A DNA stretch of 64,000 bases, from the NCBI GenBank assembly GCA_964016885.1, contig OZ024742.1, positions 200,260,001 through 200,324,000 of the forward strand. Direction: 5' to 3'. Both the position numbers and the translations under genes were made by a program. This DNA is from Eledone cirrhosa (taxonomy: Eukaryota). Of the stretch, positions 49,696-62,599 are shown piece after piece. The notes beneath the pieces were generated by a model. It made no database searches, was not told the DNA's origin, and saw only the letters and a program-made list of their open reading frames with translations. Position 1 is the first letter of the stretch. The number at the start of each line of letters is the position of its first letter.

Positions 49696-50219
49696 ATACA
49701 AAGATCCCATCTTTGTCATGGTTTCTATGGCTGGATGCCCTTAATACCAACCACCTTACAAGGTCTACTGGATGCATTTTATAATGACACCAACACTAAA
49801 TATATATCAGGTAATCATTTTCCACATGTCATATGGAGCAAACTTTTTTGGTAGTGGAAGCCCTAGCTGTCCAGCTGCAGCATAGCAAACCTAGAGATAC
49901 CATTGTCAGTGAGATGTATAAGGTATCTTCAACCCCTCTAAAAAAAAATCATAACAAATTTTAAAAACTCTTAACATCTTGAAATGACACAGCAGAAAAT
50001 ATCTAAAAACTGGTTTGTTAAATCAAATATTGATAGTATCTTTTCAATGTTTACAAATATTTATATTATGGTTGTGAAAATTTGCAGTATTAAAAAAAAA
50101 AGAGACTTTAATTTTTAATGTGATGCAAACATAGAGTTGTTCTGTATTTTTCAAGAATGTGGTTTGATGTGGAACAGTGTTAGGAGTTAATAAGAACCAA
50201 AATATATTATATAACATAC

Positions 50220-50344
50220 CTGCAGTGGGATCATCATTTGAGTGTTTCTTAAACTTTGCTACAAAGAAACCATCCAAGTTATGAGTGTGTGGGTAGTAGC
50301 GCCTTGTTAAATTCATACTAGGATGAAACCGATGTCTTTGAAAA
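50220..50344 (-). CDS. NOP2: NOP2 exon ([34 protein letters not shown]...)
   Basis: Motif VIII ([13 protein letters not shown]); phase 2 to 1, AG/GT. Confidence 0.95.
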
Positions 50345-50715
50345 CTGTTGGTGATAAAAGAACAAAAAAGAAAGAAATGAAGGATCATACTTATAAAGGT
50401 TTAGCAGGCCTCCAAAGAGGCTGCATCTCGGGTGCTATAATGATAGGGCTACAGACCTATCATGAAAAACAACATGAAATGTTGCATCTTGCTCAAAAAC
50501 ACAACACATATCAAGTCAAGGAATTGAACCCATGACCTTATGATCCAATACTCTAATCAATAAGCTATGTGTTCACAGGTTAAGTTATGTATGGTGAGGA
50601 CTAAATGAGAGGTGCTACAAAGGAGGATCACAACATGAAAACAGGCATATACATTCTTATATTCTTTTAATGGTTTCAGTTATTAGACTTCAGTCAAAAT
50701 GGAGCACCACCTTAA

Positions 50716-51173
50716 CCCTTCAATACCAACCTGCCTGAGACCGTCCATGATTCAATATAGACAATCTTTCATTTTACATTGTCTACATTCAATTAACAGT
50801 TCACAACAGCATCAAGGGTACTTTTGAATTTTTCCCACTGACTGATCATTGCCCAGGCCCTAAACACCCAAGAAATTAATGAAGCTCGCCACAAAGTTCA
50901 TATTCTGACTAACTTTTCGCCTTCAATTTTAGGTGTATCATGCAACATCAGAGGCTGTGTTAATTTTTTTTTTAAAGTTTCATTAGTACCCTCGATACTG
51001 CCACGGACTGTAAAATCCTTTCTTCATAGAACGTTTGTTAAATTATGTTCCAAACACTAATTTAATAATGAGAAAGTTAGGTATTTTATTAAATCCATCT
51101 AAAATCTTGATTATTTTCAAAATTATTTGAAATCTAAGTAGTGGTTTTCATTAGAAATATGGAAACAAAAGGG
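50716..51173. mobile_element. piggyBac MITE
   Basis: TTAA|CCCTT...AAAGGG|TTAA; subterminal sequence shared with the other piggyBac ends. Confidence 0.7.
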
Positions 51174-52186
51174 TTAAAAGGAATTTAGTCAATTATATCA
51201 ACCCCAGTACTTACTTTTCTTTCAAGCTTGGTAGATATTTTATAGGTGCTTTGTTGAACTACTAAGTTACGGAACATGAAAATGTGCAGCTTTGCTATTT
51301 ATTACTGTTGTAATGCTACACTCTTTCTTTGATTAATTAACTTCGTTTACCAGTGTAATAATTGTTTCTCTGTCCCATTGTCTACCTATCTATCTCACAC
51401 TCTTCCTCCTCCTTTTTTAATGAAAGCCTATAGTCCCATTGTTTGCACTGTATCCGGTCCGGTTTCCGATAGAAAGGCACTCACTTGTTTCTATGTTCTT
51501 TTATTACATAATGCATCTTTCTGGTTGCCTTTTCTAAGCCATCACACAACCTGGGCTCAATATTATGCAATACCACCCTTATGCAAGAAAGTGCATTGAC
51601 AAGGGGGTAGCTGAACAGGAAGTTGATCCTTTTGATGTTTCGTTCATTTTAGTGCAACTTTGTTACATACATTTATATATATATACACAAACACTGCATA
51701 TATATATGATGAAATTCTGCAGTTTCTGTCAACTAAATTTCACTCATATGGTATTAACCCATGGCTACAGTAGATAACACTTGCCCAAGACAACTCCTTA
51801 ACCACACAGCCATATATACATCTATCTATACATATATATAAAACTGAAGTCTATACAAATCCACATTTCTACTCAGATTGACTTCAAACTTGCATTTATA
51901 TATTCCTTGCGGTCTAAAGATATTAACTGCAGCTTTTATTTTTCAATTTTCTGTTGTTAAAGGCGCTTTTTTCACTAAAACTTTAAGCCCTTTTGTAGCA
52001 ATTTTGTCTACAATGTTTAGTATTTTATTTTGAAAGAGTTACCTCTCTTTATAGACTATATTATCCCTACTTAAACGTACATCCCTTGAAATCGTTAATG
52101 GTGACCCCATTAGTAACACCGAAGCGTTCAGCATCCGATATAATAGTTCGGTCTATATCGGATTGGGTAGACTTTTGTAACCTTAA

Positions 52187-53264
52187 CCCTTTAGTGTTCA
52201 AACCGCCCGAAATTATTTCCCCTTCATTTGTTCAAACCACCCGAAAACACCCACACTAAAAAATCGTTCTAAAAATAAACAAACCATCATCAAAATCTCG
52301 TCAATACGAGACTGCTGCGAGATTAGGCTCTTACCGCGAAAATTAACACTTAATATAATGGAACAACTTAAAACAACAAGTGTTTTTTTTAACTTTGAAA
52401 GTGCAACAAATTTTTTTTTTGTATCATAATGGCTGATGAAAGTAGCGATACCGACTTTGAAGGTTTTACACACGATGACATTCAGAATAAATAAGAAACA
52501 AACGATAATATTAGTGATTTATCTTCAAATGAATCTGATGTTTACATTTCTGAAATTTCGTCCGACGTTGATTGTTTTGAAAGTGAAAACGAAGGAGACT
52601 CCAGGACGCCATTGAAAATATTACAGCAACGTGGTTGAAAAATACCACACCAATATATGTTCCCGATTTTATTCAAAATATTGGTCCACAACACACATTA
52701 GCTCCCGATGCTGAAGCACTGAATTATTTCTATTTTGTTTTTACCACAAACTTTCTTCGAAGTTGTGGCAGAAGAGATTAATCGATATATCCAACAACTG
52801 ATTTCAAATCGAGGAAAACCCGATCTGTTATAACGACCGACAGATGTTGCAGAAATGCAAGTATTTTTTACCATAAATATTATGTTCGGTATAAAACAAT
52901 TTCCAAGACTGGAATTACTGGAACATTGATATAAGGTTTAGTGATTCTTATATATCAAGTATTATGCCGAAAACAACGTATTTAAAATTAAACCAGTATT
53001 TGCACCTGGTTGATACTTCAAATGCCCCTATTAATTAATTTCACCTGCCCATAAAAGTCAAATTTGACCAAAAAAATAAAGGTAAAATTATATAATTGTA
53101 AATTATTGATATTTAAACATCTACTGACAAAATTTCAAACCTGCACATAGAAAATTAAGAAAATTACAAACAAATAAAATTGATAACCCTCTTGAGTACA
53201 ATTAACTGAAAATAATGCGAACAGATAAGAATGACGTTTGAAAATTAATGCGAATGCTAAAGGG
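52187..53264 (+). mobile_element. Internally deleted piggyBac-like element
   Basis: TTAA|CCCTTTAG...CTAAAGGG|TTAA; acidic N-terminus MADESSDTDFEGF.. from 52429 and transposase remnants to LNQYLHLVD. Confidence 0.85.
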
Positions 53265-53972
53265 TTAAAAGTATGCAACTAAATTCCTTCATGCTCTCCA
53301 TCACTGCAGTCCCACAAGCTTATTGCTCTGTAACTATTGCTTTCATTGTACCATAGCACAACAAATACATGTTCGGTTTGTCGAATGCCTTTTTACTTAA
53401 CCCTATCGTCTTGGCTTTCGTGGGTTGAACATTTTACTCTCAGGTACCCAATTAAGTTAAACACCTGGTAATCTACGACAAATCTTTTTTATAAGCACAA
53501 AATGTAGGCACCATCCCCAGACCGAGGTATTCGGTACTTCTCTGTTTCAGAAAGGAGGGATAAACATGCCAATCTATGTTTAGAAGCCCGAACAATGCCG
53601 GACCATTCTGCTAGTATATATATACATATTCTTTCTGAGTGTGGTTTGAGATTTAAGACTGAAAATAACAGCCCTGAATATTTATAAGGCTGGATTTTAA
53701 TAGATCACATAATGTGAACCTTGACAGCTTGAAAATTCCCAAATTCAAGAGAGTGAGGAAAATAATTTAAAAAACATTCCTAACCCTTTCGATACCAATC
53801 TCTCCTGAATCCATCCCTGGTTCTATGTCTACTTTATTTTAAATTCATTGGCAGTGCTTTTTTTAAAAAGAAATATAATAATGAAGGAGTTAAGAACTTT
53901 GATCTTTCTCTTTATGATAATGATACAAATATAGGAATACAAAATAAAAAAAAATAATGATGCACAACTTAC

Positions 53973-54070
53973 TTTCGAAACCCCTCCTGTCCAAATTCCA
54001 GTCCAGTCGGTACCAGTTTCACATGGCGTCTTTTCAGAACAAAGTCAACAATGCATTCATTTTCCTCAAC
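53973..54070 (-). CDS. NOP2: NOP2 exon (VEENECIVDFVLKRRHVKLVPTGLEFGQEGFR)
   Basis: Conserved EENE and LVPTGL.FG.EGF; ccag acceptor, gtaagt donor. Confidence 0.95.
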
Positions 54071-55115
54071 CTGGATAAATTAAATAAAATAATAAGAAAA
54101 ATAAATGTTTCTGACATTTTAACTGTTTTATACCAACCTGCCTGAACCTGCACTAGGTTCTAAAATGTTTATATCTATCTGAAAACTCTCTATCACAATT
54201 CTACATTAACAGGCACATAAAAACGTATCTATATAAACACATACATATATCTACATAAAAAGCACACATATACAAAAATACACATGCAGATATATGTTGA
54301 TATTTTATCACATGTATTGATAATTTCATAAAAACATGCATCCAGATACCTGCATAAACATACACAGAACTCACATAAACACAGATCTGCACCTACAAAC
54401 AGACACAGACATCTGCATAAACATACACACATGTCCATTTATTCAACAAATGAATAACTAAAATTACTGCAGCTGCCACTCACAATCAAGTATAGCTTTA
54501 TAGTATGTAGCATGCTTTTAAGAAACCATGTAATTGGCAGCAGACACAGACACCTCCTCACAACCCTACCTCCATTGATCAAGCAGAACAACAAAGATGT
54601 ACAGATGTAACAGCTGGAAAGAGAGAGGGTTGCATCAGCACTGAATTAGTACTTTCTTTATCGACCCTCTGAAAGGATGAAAGGCAAAATGGATTCCATC
54701 AGAATTTAAACTCAGAGCACAGAAAGTTGGAACAAATATTCCATGCTCTAAAACAAAATGGAAGGAAAAGAAGCCAATTGTTAAATTGGACCAAGAAAAC
54801 AATGTTTCAATTGGTCTTTCAACTGGTAATAGTTTCTGCATGTTACAAATCCTGGCAGAAATAGGTAGAATTTGAATTCAGAATGAACACAAATTATCCC
54901 ATTTGATTCTTTAATAATTCCATCAATCCCCCACTGCTCAACTAGCACTTTATTCATCAACTTCAAAAGGATAGAAGGTAAAGTGCACCTCAATAGGATT
55001 CAAACTCAGAGCGTACTGAGCCAGGACAAATATATGACACTCTAATGACTGCCAAGAAAGAGACACTGAAGTTGAAAGGAAAAGAAGCTGGAAATGTGTA
55101 AAAAAAAAAACTTAC

Positions 55116-55238
55116 CAAAACTGAACAAGTTGAGTAGACAATATAACCACCAGTTTTAGACTTGGCATTGCAACAGTCAATGGCAGCTAGCAACATTTCT
55201 CTCTGGACATTGGAAATCCGGTTAATTTGGTCTTGGTC
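55116..55238 (-). CDS. NOP2: NOP2 exon (DQDQINRISNVQREMLLAAID...GGYIVYSTCSVL)
   Basis: Motif VI (YSTCS, catalytic Cys); 123 nt, AG/GT. Confidence 0.95.
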
Positions 55239-55771
55239 CTAGAAATAAAATAATATATATTAGAATACAGAAGACAGTACATCATTGGGATTGATGTGTG
55301 AAAGAAAATCCACACATATATTTGTGATCAGCAGGTCAGTTTGAGACATCCTAAAGAAATAGCCTCAAATATTGTGTTATGGCAAGTAATATATGGATGG
55401 ATTAACCATGAGAAACAAACCACCAACTACCACATGCTTCCAAAAGACACCTGACTGAAAACTATGAGATCATGAAATAAAAACATCTCTGGCATTAAGT
55501 AGGTTCAATTGGAAGATTGGCTGAGATGATACAGTCAACATCATCATCATTTAAACCATCAAGTAAACAAAAATTAGAGAAACTTGTTGAATGAAACTTT
55601 ATAAAACAGATGAAATAGTAAAAAAGCATTATGTAATGCAGTTGTGAAACAAATACTATATTCTAAACGACATTTAAATCATCAAAATATTAAAACCTCA
55701 TAAATATATTTTATACTCATAAGAATTTCAAAACAAGGGTTAAATTCAAAGTTAGAATCATTACTACTTAC

Positions 55772-55861
55772 CTTTGTGTTTTTAATAGTAGGATCTTTAC
55801 AGATGACACCAGTACCACTGCATGGTGCATCTAGTAACACTCGGTCAAATGTACTTAATAT
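55772..55861 (-). CDS. NOP2: NOP2 exon (ILSTFDRVLLDAPCSGTGVICKDPTIKNTK)
   Basis: Motif IV (DAPCSG); 90 nt, phase 0, AG/GT. Confidence 0.95.
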
Positions 55862-56017
55862 CTGCACAAATAAAACAAAAAAAAATTTAGTTGGACCTGT
55901 TTGTTTATAGGCTAATGATGTACCATTATCTCTATATGAACATATATACATATAAAAGTGTTTGGGTATATATACAATTAAGAATGATATCACAAAGGGA
56001 TCACAAAATAACCAGTT

Positions 56018-56301
56018 AAATGAGGTATTCAATACATTAGTAGAGAAATGACTTCTACAGACAAGAAGTTTCATTCATATGAAATCAACTTCTAGTCCTG
56101 CAGAAATCATTGCTATATCATCATCATCGTTTAACGTCTATCTTCCAGACGTTAAACGATGATGATGATGTTGATGATATAGCAATGATTTCTGCAGGAC
56201 TAGAAGTTGATTTCATATGAATGAAACAGTTCTTGTCTGTAGAAGTCATTTCTCTACAGACTACATGCTTATTCTCTACTAATGTATTGAATACCTCATT
56301 T
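56018..56301. repeat. Fold-back inversion centred on an RTE tail, in a NOP2 intron
   Basis: Arms complementary with small indels; centre catcgtttaacgtc-tatcttcca-gacgttaaacgatg. Confidence 0.85.
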
Positions 56302-56339
56302 TATATATATATAGATAGATAGATTTATTTATTTATTCA

Positions 56340-57072
56340 TAGATAGATTTCTTTATTTGCCACAAGGGCGCACAAGAGAAGGGGACAATACAAAGACATG
56401 CCGGGAATTTTACATACAGTCGTGTAAAAAATATAAAACAAACAATTATAACAATCGAAATCCCCAATAGGGGGGAAGCGCCACAAATGGGTTGTTCAAT
56501 ACCCCGTCGACAGAACAACCCTCAACTTCAGGAGTGTGTTGTGCAAGTGCTCCTTTCTTCCTTTTGCTCTCTTCTTCAACCTACAGGCTTATAAACAGAG
56601 AAGGCCCAATCACTCGAGCCATTTTTGCCACATTCACCCACCTTTCAGTAAATTTACTGGGGTGCAGTGCCTCTCTCTCCACCCCGATTCTCCTTCTAAA
56701 GTGATACTTAAAGAAGGGAATCAATTGTTGTCCGGAGAGAAAGGCATCTGTCCTCAGTCCTCTCAATCTCGTCCACCATATAACTTCTTTCACCATAACT
56801 ACTGTACAGAGGAAAACCGCCTCTCTTTCGTTTTTGAAAGAGGCTGGCGGTTTGATCCTTACTATGGACTCGGCAGTCAACTGGATTTGTCCCATACGCG
56901 ACAGCAGTTGTTTCGCATAGTTCCACAGGTCGGTTTCAATGTCCTGCGCACATCTTGGACACGTCCTCTTGGAAGGATCCTGTCGGGGCGACCGTGCCTG
57001 TAGATCTTGTCACGAACTGGTAGAGCTCCTCGGTAGCACTGCCAGGCCAGGGACCTCTGGAAGTTGTCCAAG
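56340..57072 (-). mobile_element. Tx1/L1-like LINE 3' fragment within (TAGA)n
   Basis: DNFQRSLAWQCYRGALPVRDK and KEVIWWTR...FTERW (L1/Tx1 ORF2 C-terminus); AATAAA + (ATCT)n tail. Confidence 0.7.
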
Positions 57073-57297
57073 ATAGATAGATAGAGATAGAGAGAGAGAG
57101 AGAAATATACAGATATATCCAATCCAATCGAGGGCCTTTTCACTCCTGTTGGAAGAATCCCTCTTAGTTGACCTCCATTGATTTCTGTTTGGTTTTGGTA
57201 ATGTCATGGGTTTAGCTGTACTCATCATGATTGGCCAATTGTGGGTTGGTGAAGCTATTTAACCCATAGTTGGGGTAGATGGTTGACACTTATATTT

Positions 57298-57608
57298 CAT
57301 CATCATCATTTCATTTTACGTCCGCTTTTTCACTGCTTGCAAGGGTGCGACGGGAACTGATACTGGCTTGATTTCTACAGCTGGATGCCCTTCCTAACAC
57401 CAACCTCATTTACAGTGAGTACTGGGTGCTTTTTTGCAGTGGAATGATAGGGACCTCAGTCCCTATCATCTCATTTCTACAGCTGAGTAAACTGGAGCAA
57501 TGTGAAATAAAGTGTCTTGCTCAAGGAAACAACACATCACCTGGTCTGAGAATTGAACACACAACTTTTCGATTGCAAGGCCAATGCTCTAACCACTAAG
57601 CCATGTGC
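57298..57608 (-). mobile_element. Second-family SINE copy
   Basis: Reverse complement of the 46528 element. Confidence 0.75.
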
Positions 57609-57987
57609 TATTTATATACACATACACATATATAAATACGCACATTACAAACATGCATAAATACATACATATATATACATATTTAGTCCACAAATGAAGG
57701 ACTGTCTCATAAACCATTTCAAGACTTGTGTGAAGGAGGAAAGAAGGTATCCACAAACCAGAGACCTGGTCCACATCATTGCAATAGAATAGTCTGCTAA
57801 AAGTACCCGTGGGCTAGATAGTGGCACTTTTGTTCAACTAGGTAGTACAATAAGCCTCCCGCACATGAAGGTCGCAACAATGATTTGAACACAAACAGAA
57901 AGCTAGAACAAATTCTGCACAGTATTTTATGCTATGCCCTAACAACTGCCAATTTCACTAGCAAAATGGGTGCATTAGCTATACACA

Positions 57988-58772
57988 TCATCATCATCAT
58001 CAACGTTTAACGTCCGTGTTCCACGCTTGCATGGGTTTGGACGGGGGTAGTCCCACTTGAGGCAAGAGTGATTGTCTTGCTCGCATAGGACTGTCTGGCA
58101 GGTTTTCTACAGTTGGATGCCCTTCCTAACACCAACCACATTTACAGTGTGGGTCTGGGAGGTTTTTACCGTGTTGCCTACACGGCCACATTACAGCGTG
58201 GACTGTGTGTTTTTTTGTCGTGACACCTATACGATCTCATTTGTTTCGGCCTGGATGGCGCGGCACCAACATAACTTTACATAGAACGGGGTGGGGGTGG
58301 TGGCGGGACGGGGTGTATTTTGTTAGAGATGCCTACTGGCAAGGCGGGTCTTCTCTGTTACTGAGTACCGCCAAAGGTCTCGGTCCAGTGACATTGTCTT
58401 GGAGAGGTGTAAGTGTGTGATGTCGGAGTTTATCAGCTCGTCCCAGGTTTTTCTAGGTCTGCCTATTCCGTGGCTACCGTCTATCTTTATTGCCCTGCAC
58501 TTTGTTATACAGCTATCGACTTTCATGCGCATCACGTGTCCATACCAACGTAGCCTTCTCTCGAGTAAACAACATCTGATCCCTCTTATTTCTAATTTTT
58601 CCCTTAGTTTGTTTATGCTTTGCCGTTCACGTATATTACTGTTACACATCCAGCGGAGCATGCAAGCTTCGTTCCTCTCTAGTCTGCGTATATCCTCTGC
58701 ACACAATGCCCAGGTCTCACTGCCATGCAACATTGCTGTTCGTATGCAGGCATCGTACAACCTGCCTTTCAT
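57988..58772 (-). mobile_element. 3' fragment of the same (GAT)n-tailed RTE family
   Basis: ORF 58323-58772 is a homolog of 48824-49243; same 3' UTR. Confidence 0.88.
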
Positions 58773-58973
58773 TTATATATATATATATACGTAGCAATAT
58801 CTATAGGTGTGAAAAGGAAAAAGGAAAACTGCTCAATAAACACACACACTCATAGATCTATGTAGATATATACAGATATTCATTTATATACCTGCATAAG
58901 TTTAATTAACCTCCTACAAGGTTACATTTCAGAAAATGTTTCGTAAATGTTTTAATGATAGGCATCCCAGGTC

Positions 58974-59005
<32 letters not shown>

Positions 59006-59039
59006 GGTAAGAGCTAACTACTAAAGAAGGGGGACTTAC

Positions 59040-59179
59040 TTTGTTGATTTTGCGTCCATCGTAGTTGGATACAACAACATTCATGATTCCCATACGGTGA
59101 AGGTTAGCAATGACGGCGTTTAATCGAGTCTTGTTGACATCATTAGCAAACAATATACCGGTATTCTTCATGAGGGCAG
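59040..59179 (-). CDS. NOP2: NOP2 exon (AALMKNTGILFANDVNKTRL...NYDGRKINK)
   Basis: Conserved NOP2 peptide; ccag acceptor, gtaagt donor; phase continuous. Confidence 0.95.
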
Positions 59180-59441
59180 CTGGACAAAAATGAATAAAAG
59201 CATCACATTAGTTGAGAGAAAATCAAGGCCTAAAAGAATCAGATGTAGTGTGCAAGAATGAAGATTGTTGAACCTCAGAGATGAAGGAACATAGATAGAG
59301 GAAAGCTGTGCTAGAGAAGACATATCCAACCCATTATAGCATGGAAAACATGTAAAATGATACTACTTGTCAGCTAGTCTCACTATTACTGCACCCCAGC
59401 CCCACACATGTAGTAGCTACTCCCAGCATCTGATGGTTTAA

Positions 59442-62175
59442 CCCATTAGCATTCACATTACTCTATACTTACTATTGTATTTTCATGGTAAAGGCTTTAC
59501 CTCACATAACATTGCATCTATGAGATTTTGATATTTATTTTGAGAGGAATACCTTAACCCTTTCGTTACCAAACCGCCCAAAGCCGCCCGAAAAAAATTT
59601 TGGTTCATGTGACCAAGCCGCCCGTACTCACACATTCATATTTAAATGAGAATATCAGAGCAAATCTCGTTAGTACATTCGTGAAAACACGTGATTATAC
59701 TACGTAAACAATTGAGCTACAGTTTTGGACAACGATCGACATGTTATTTTAATTCTGTGAATTTTGGGAGATTTTTTTCCAAATTTGTTTCTGTTGTGTT
59801 TTGAAAATTTGTAATTCTGACAAAAATTGGATAGCAATTTCATTCAGTCAAGCAGCGAGTCAGAATTCGAAGGATTTTCCACTGAAGACCTTGAAAAATC
59901 TAACTCTATAACTGAAAAAAAAAAAGCACGTGGTATTTGATAATGAATCCGATGTTTCATTTTACTAAAGTGAAAACAGTGAATCCGAGAGCTCTGATGA
60001 CAGCGATAAAGAAAATGAATTGGCACCTGAATGGAGTAAAAATTTAAAAACTGTTTCTTTCAGTGATTTTTGTGAAGAAACTGGACCAAGTCACAGTCTA
60101 TCCCAGGAGAGCAAAGCTTTAGACTATTTCCTTTTTCCTATGAGCTTGTTTGAAATCATTACGGCGGAAACAAACCGTTACGCTGAAAGTAAACAAAGCC
60201 AAAAAAAGGATAGTTTGTGGTTTCCCACAAGCTTAAAAGAAATTAGAGCTTATTTTGCCATAAATATTATTATGGGCAATTAGAAAGCTACCCAGAATTA
60301 CAAATTACTGGAGTAGCGATGAACCCTTTGGAGACGAATATGTCTCAAGTATAATGACGAGGACATGGTTTTTAAAATTGACGCAATATTTACATGTAAG
60401 AGACACGAGCAGTACACCAGTACGTGGAGAAACAAACTATGATCCCTTATTTAAAATAAGACCCCTCATTGATTGTGTTCAAAACACATATAAAACAGTT
60501 TACAAACCAGGGAGATATTTATCTATCGATGAGGGTATGGTGGGCTATAAAGACCGAGTGCGTTTTCGACAATATATGCCAGGAAAGCCCACAAAATGGG
60601 GTTTCAAAGTTTGGAAGATTTGCAGATTGAATACTGGGTACTGCTCTGGATTTGAATTTTATACTGGCAAAAGAGACAATTATGTAAGTCAGCATGGCCT
60701 AGGGTATGATGTGGTCTGGAATTTATCACTTCCATACCATAACCAGGGCTGTATATTATTTTTTGACCGGTTTTTTAGTTCGGTCAAACTTGCGGAGAAT
60801 TTAGATACTGTGGCAACACATACATGTGCTACAGTGATCGCTAGTAGAAAAGGACTGCCGTTGGATATAAAAAAAGCAAAATAAAAAAAAAAAGGTGAAA
60901 TAATTCAACGGCAGAAAGGAAATTTGCTAGCGACCGCATACAGAGATAAGAGGCAGATCAATTTTTTGTCTACCTGTGCACGGCCACATGTGGATGAAAA
61001 TGGCACCCCATTTGTGAATCTCGATTATAACAGGTACAAGGGTGGTGTAGATCGGATGAATCAGATGTTAGATCGGGGAATAAATGGTGGCGATACCAGG
61101 TTTGGTATATAGTAAATATGAGTATTACTAATGCGTTTATACTATATACCAAATCGGGACCGGCACGAAAGCAATGCGACCATCTGCAGTTCCGAGCAGA
61201 TGTAGCAACACAATTAAGAGCTGGTTATTCCTAAAAAAAAATAACTGTAGGGAGAAAAACCAAAGCCTGCCAGAGGGATATTCCTCTGAATTCAGCCGAT
61301 CTCCATAAATTAGAAAAAAATCGAGGGTTGCAAAAGGCAGTGTCGTGAATGCCTTCATCAAAAAAGGAAAGCTCCTAGTGGAAGGTCTGTTGAAACAACT
61401 TTCCAATGTGCATTCTGCAAGGTTGCATTATGTAGAGCAGCGTGCTTTACAAGTTTTCATGATAGGAATATTGTTTGATTTGTATATTATATGTGATTTT
61501 ATTTTATTAATATTTTCAAATTTACTTCGTTTTATTTTTCTGTGTAATTTTAATTTACCTGTAAGGTGAGTGACGAGTTTTGATTAATTTCTTTTGTAAA
61601 TCATTATTGTATATTTCTGCGTATCTATGTATGTGGGAGAGCTTATTTAATCTAGTTGATGGTGTGTGTGTATTTTGTTCTCTAGTTTTCTTCACAGACA
61701 AATTCCAGTCTTTCGTTTTATTTATACCTTTATGGTACACCTGTCTTTTGTGTGTTTAAATTCACCTGATAAATCCAGTAATGTCCACAACTCTTCTATA
61801 GTAAAATTTTGTTGTATACCCAATTGAATATTAGCTAATAACCCATTTTCTATAGCGATGTTTGAACAAAATTTTAATAATTTCATATTTTGTTGAATTT
61901 ACCTGTATTTACCTGTAATTAGAGTCACTTTGAGACAAAAATTATGGAATAGAATTGGTTGAGAACCTTTCGTTAAATTTTCTTCCAAAAATCACATTAA
62001 TATGTTGATAAATAAAAAAGTTAGAGTTGTTTAATGAAACCAGACTAAATTTATGATTATGTTAGAAATTAATTGAAACACATAAGGGGTGTACTTTGGT
62101 TAGAAATATGGTAACGAAAGGTTACAGCCGGTGAGAGAATTCTGGCTGGATACAGCTGGTTTAAATGCTAAAGGG
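59442..62175. mobile_element. piggyBac MITE hosting the larger piggyBac (outer ends)
   Basis: TTAA|CCCATTAGCATT ... AATGCTAAAGGG|TTAA. Confidence 0.6.
59558..62121 (+). mobile_element. piggyBac-like transposon with pseudogenised PGBD4-type transposase
   Basis: TTAA|CCCTTTCGTTACC...GGTAACGAAAGG TIRs; DPLFKIRPL, SIDEGM, YMPGKPTKWGFK, FFDRFFSS, KGGVD; C-terminal Cys-rich domain; frameshifts. Confidence 0.9.
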
Positions 62176-62222
62176 TTAATACAAAAAGAGTTAAGCACCA
62201 ACATTAACAAATAATACCATAC

Positions 62223-62363
62223 CAATATGTGTTGTTTTTCCTCCTGGTGCTGCAGCCATGTCCAGAACAAACTCATTCTCTTGTGGACTTAATGCCATGA
62301 CTGGTATAAGACTGGATCCTCCCTGGATTAAGTATTGGCCAGACAGGTACTCAGGTGTGGCTC
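62223..62363 (-). CDS. NOP2: NOP2/NSUN1 rRNA cytosine-C5 methyltransferase exon (GATPEYLSGQYLIQG...VLDMAAAPGGKTTHI)
   Basis: SAM-binding motif I (DMAAAPGGKT) and the NOP2-typical GATPEYL; AG/GT boundaries. Upstream exons lie beyond the window. Confidence 0.95.
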
Positions 62364-62599
62364 CTGAACACAAACAAAGAAAAACATATAAATCTCCTCT
62401 TCTTTTTAATCATTAGGTATTTTTTTTTAAATCACAATTTTTTTTTTAGTCCTTTTATTTTCAACAAGAGGTTAGTCAGTAAAGGAAGGGCTAGTTTTCT
62501 TTTAGTTCAATTATTTTCCACAAGATAACAGCCTCCTGAGGACGGGATAACTTTCTTTCAGCTCAATTCTGTCTCACGGAAGGCCAGCATGCTGGAGAA

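Noticed and set aside
57124-57238. Possible C/D snoRNA in a NOP2 intron (ATGATGA with CCAATC/GATTGG stem, minus strand)
   Set aside because: No CTGA D box next to the stem
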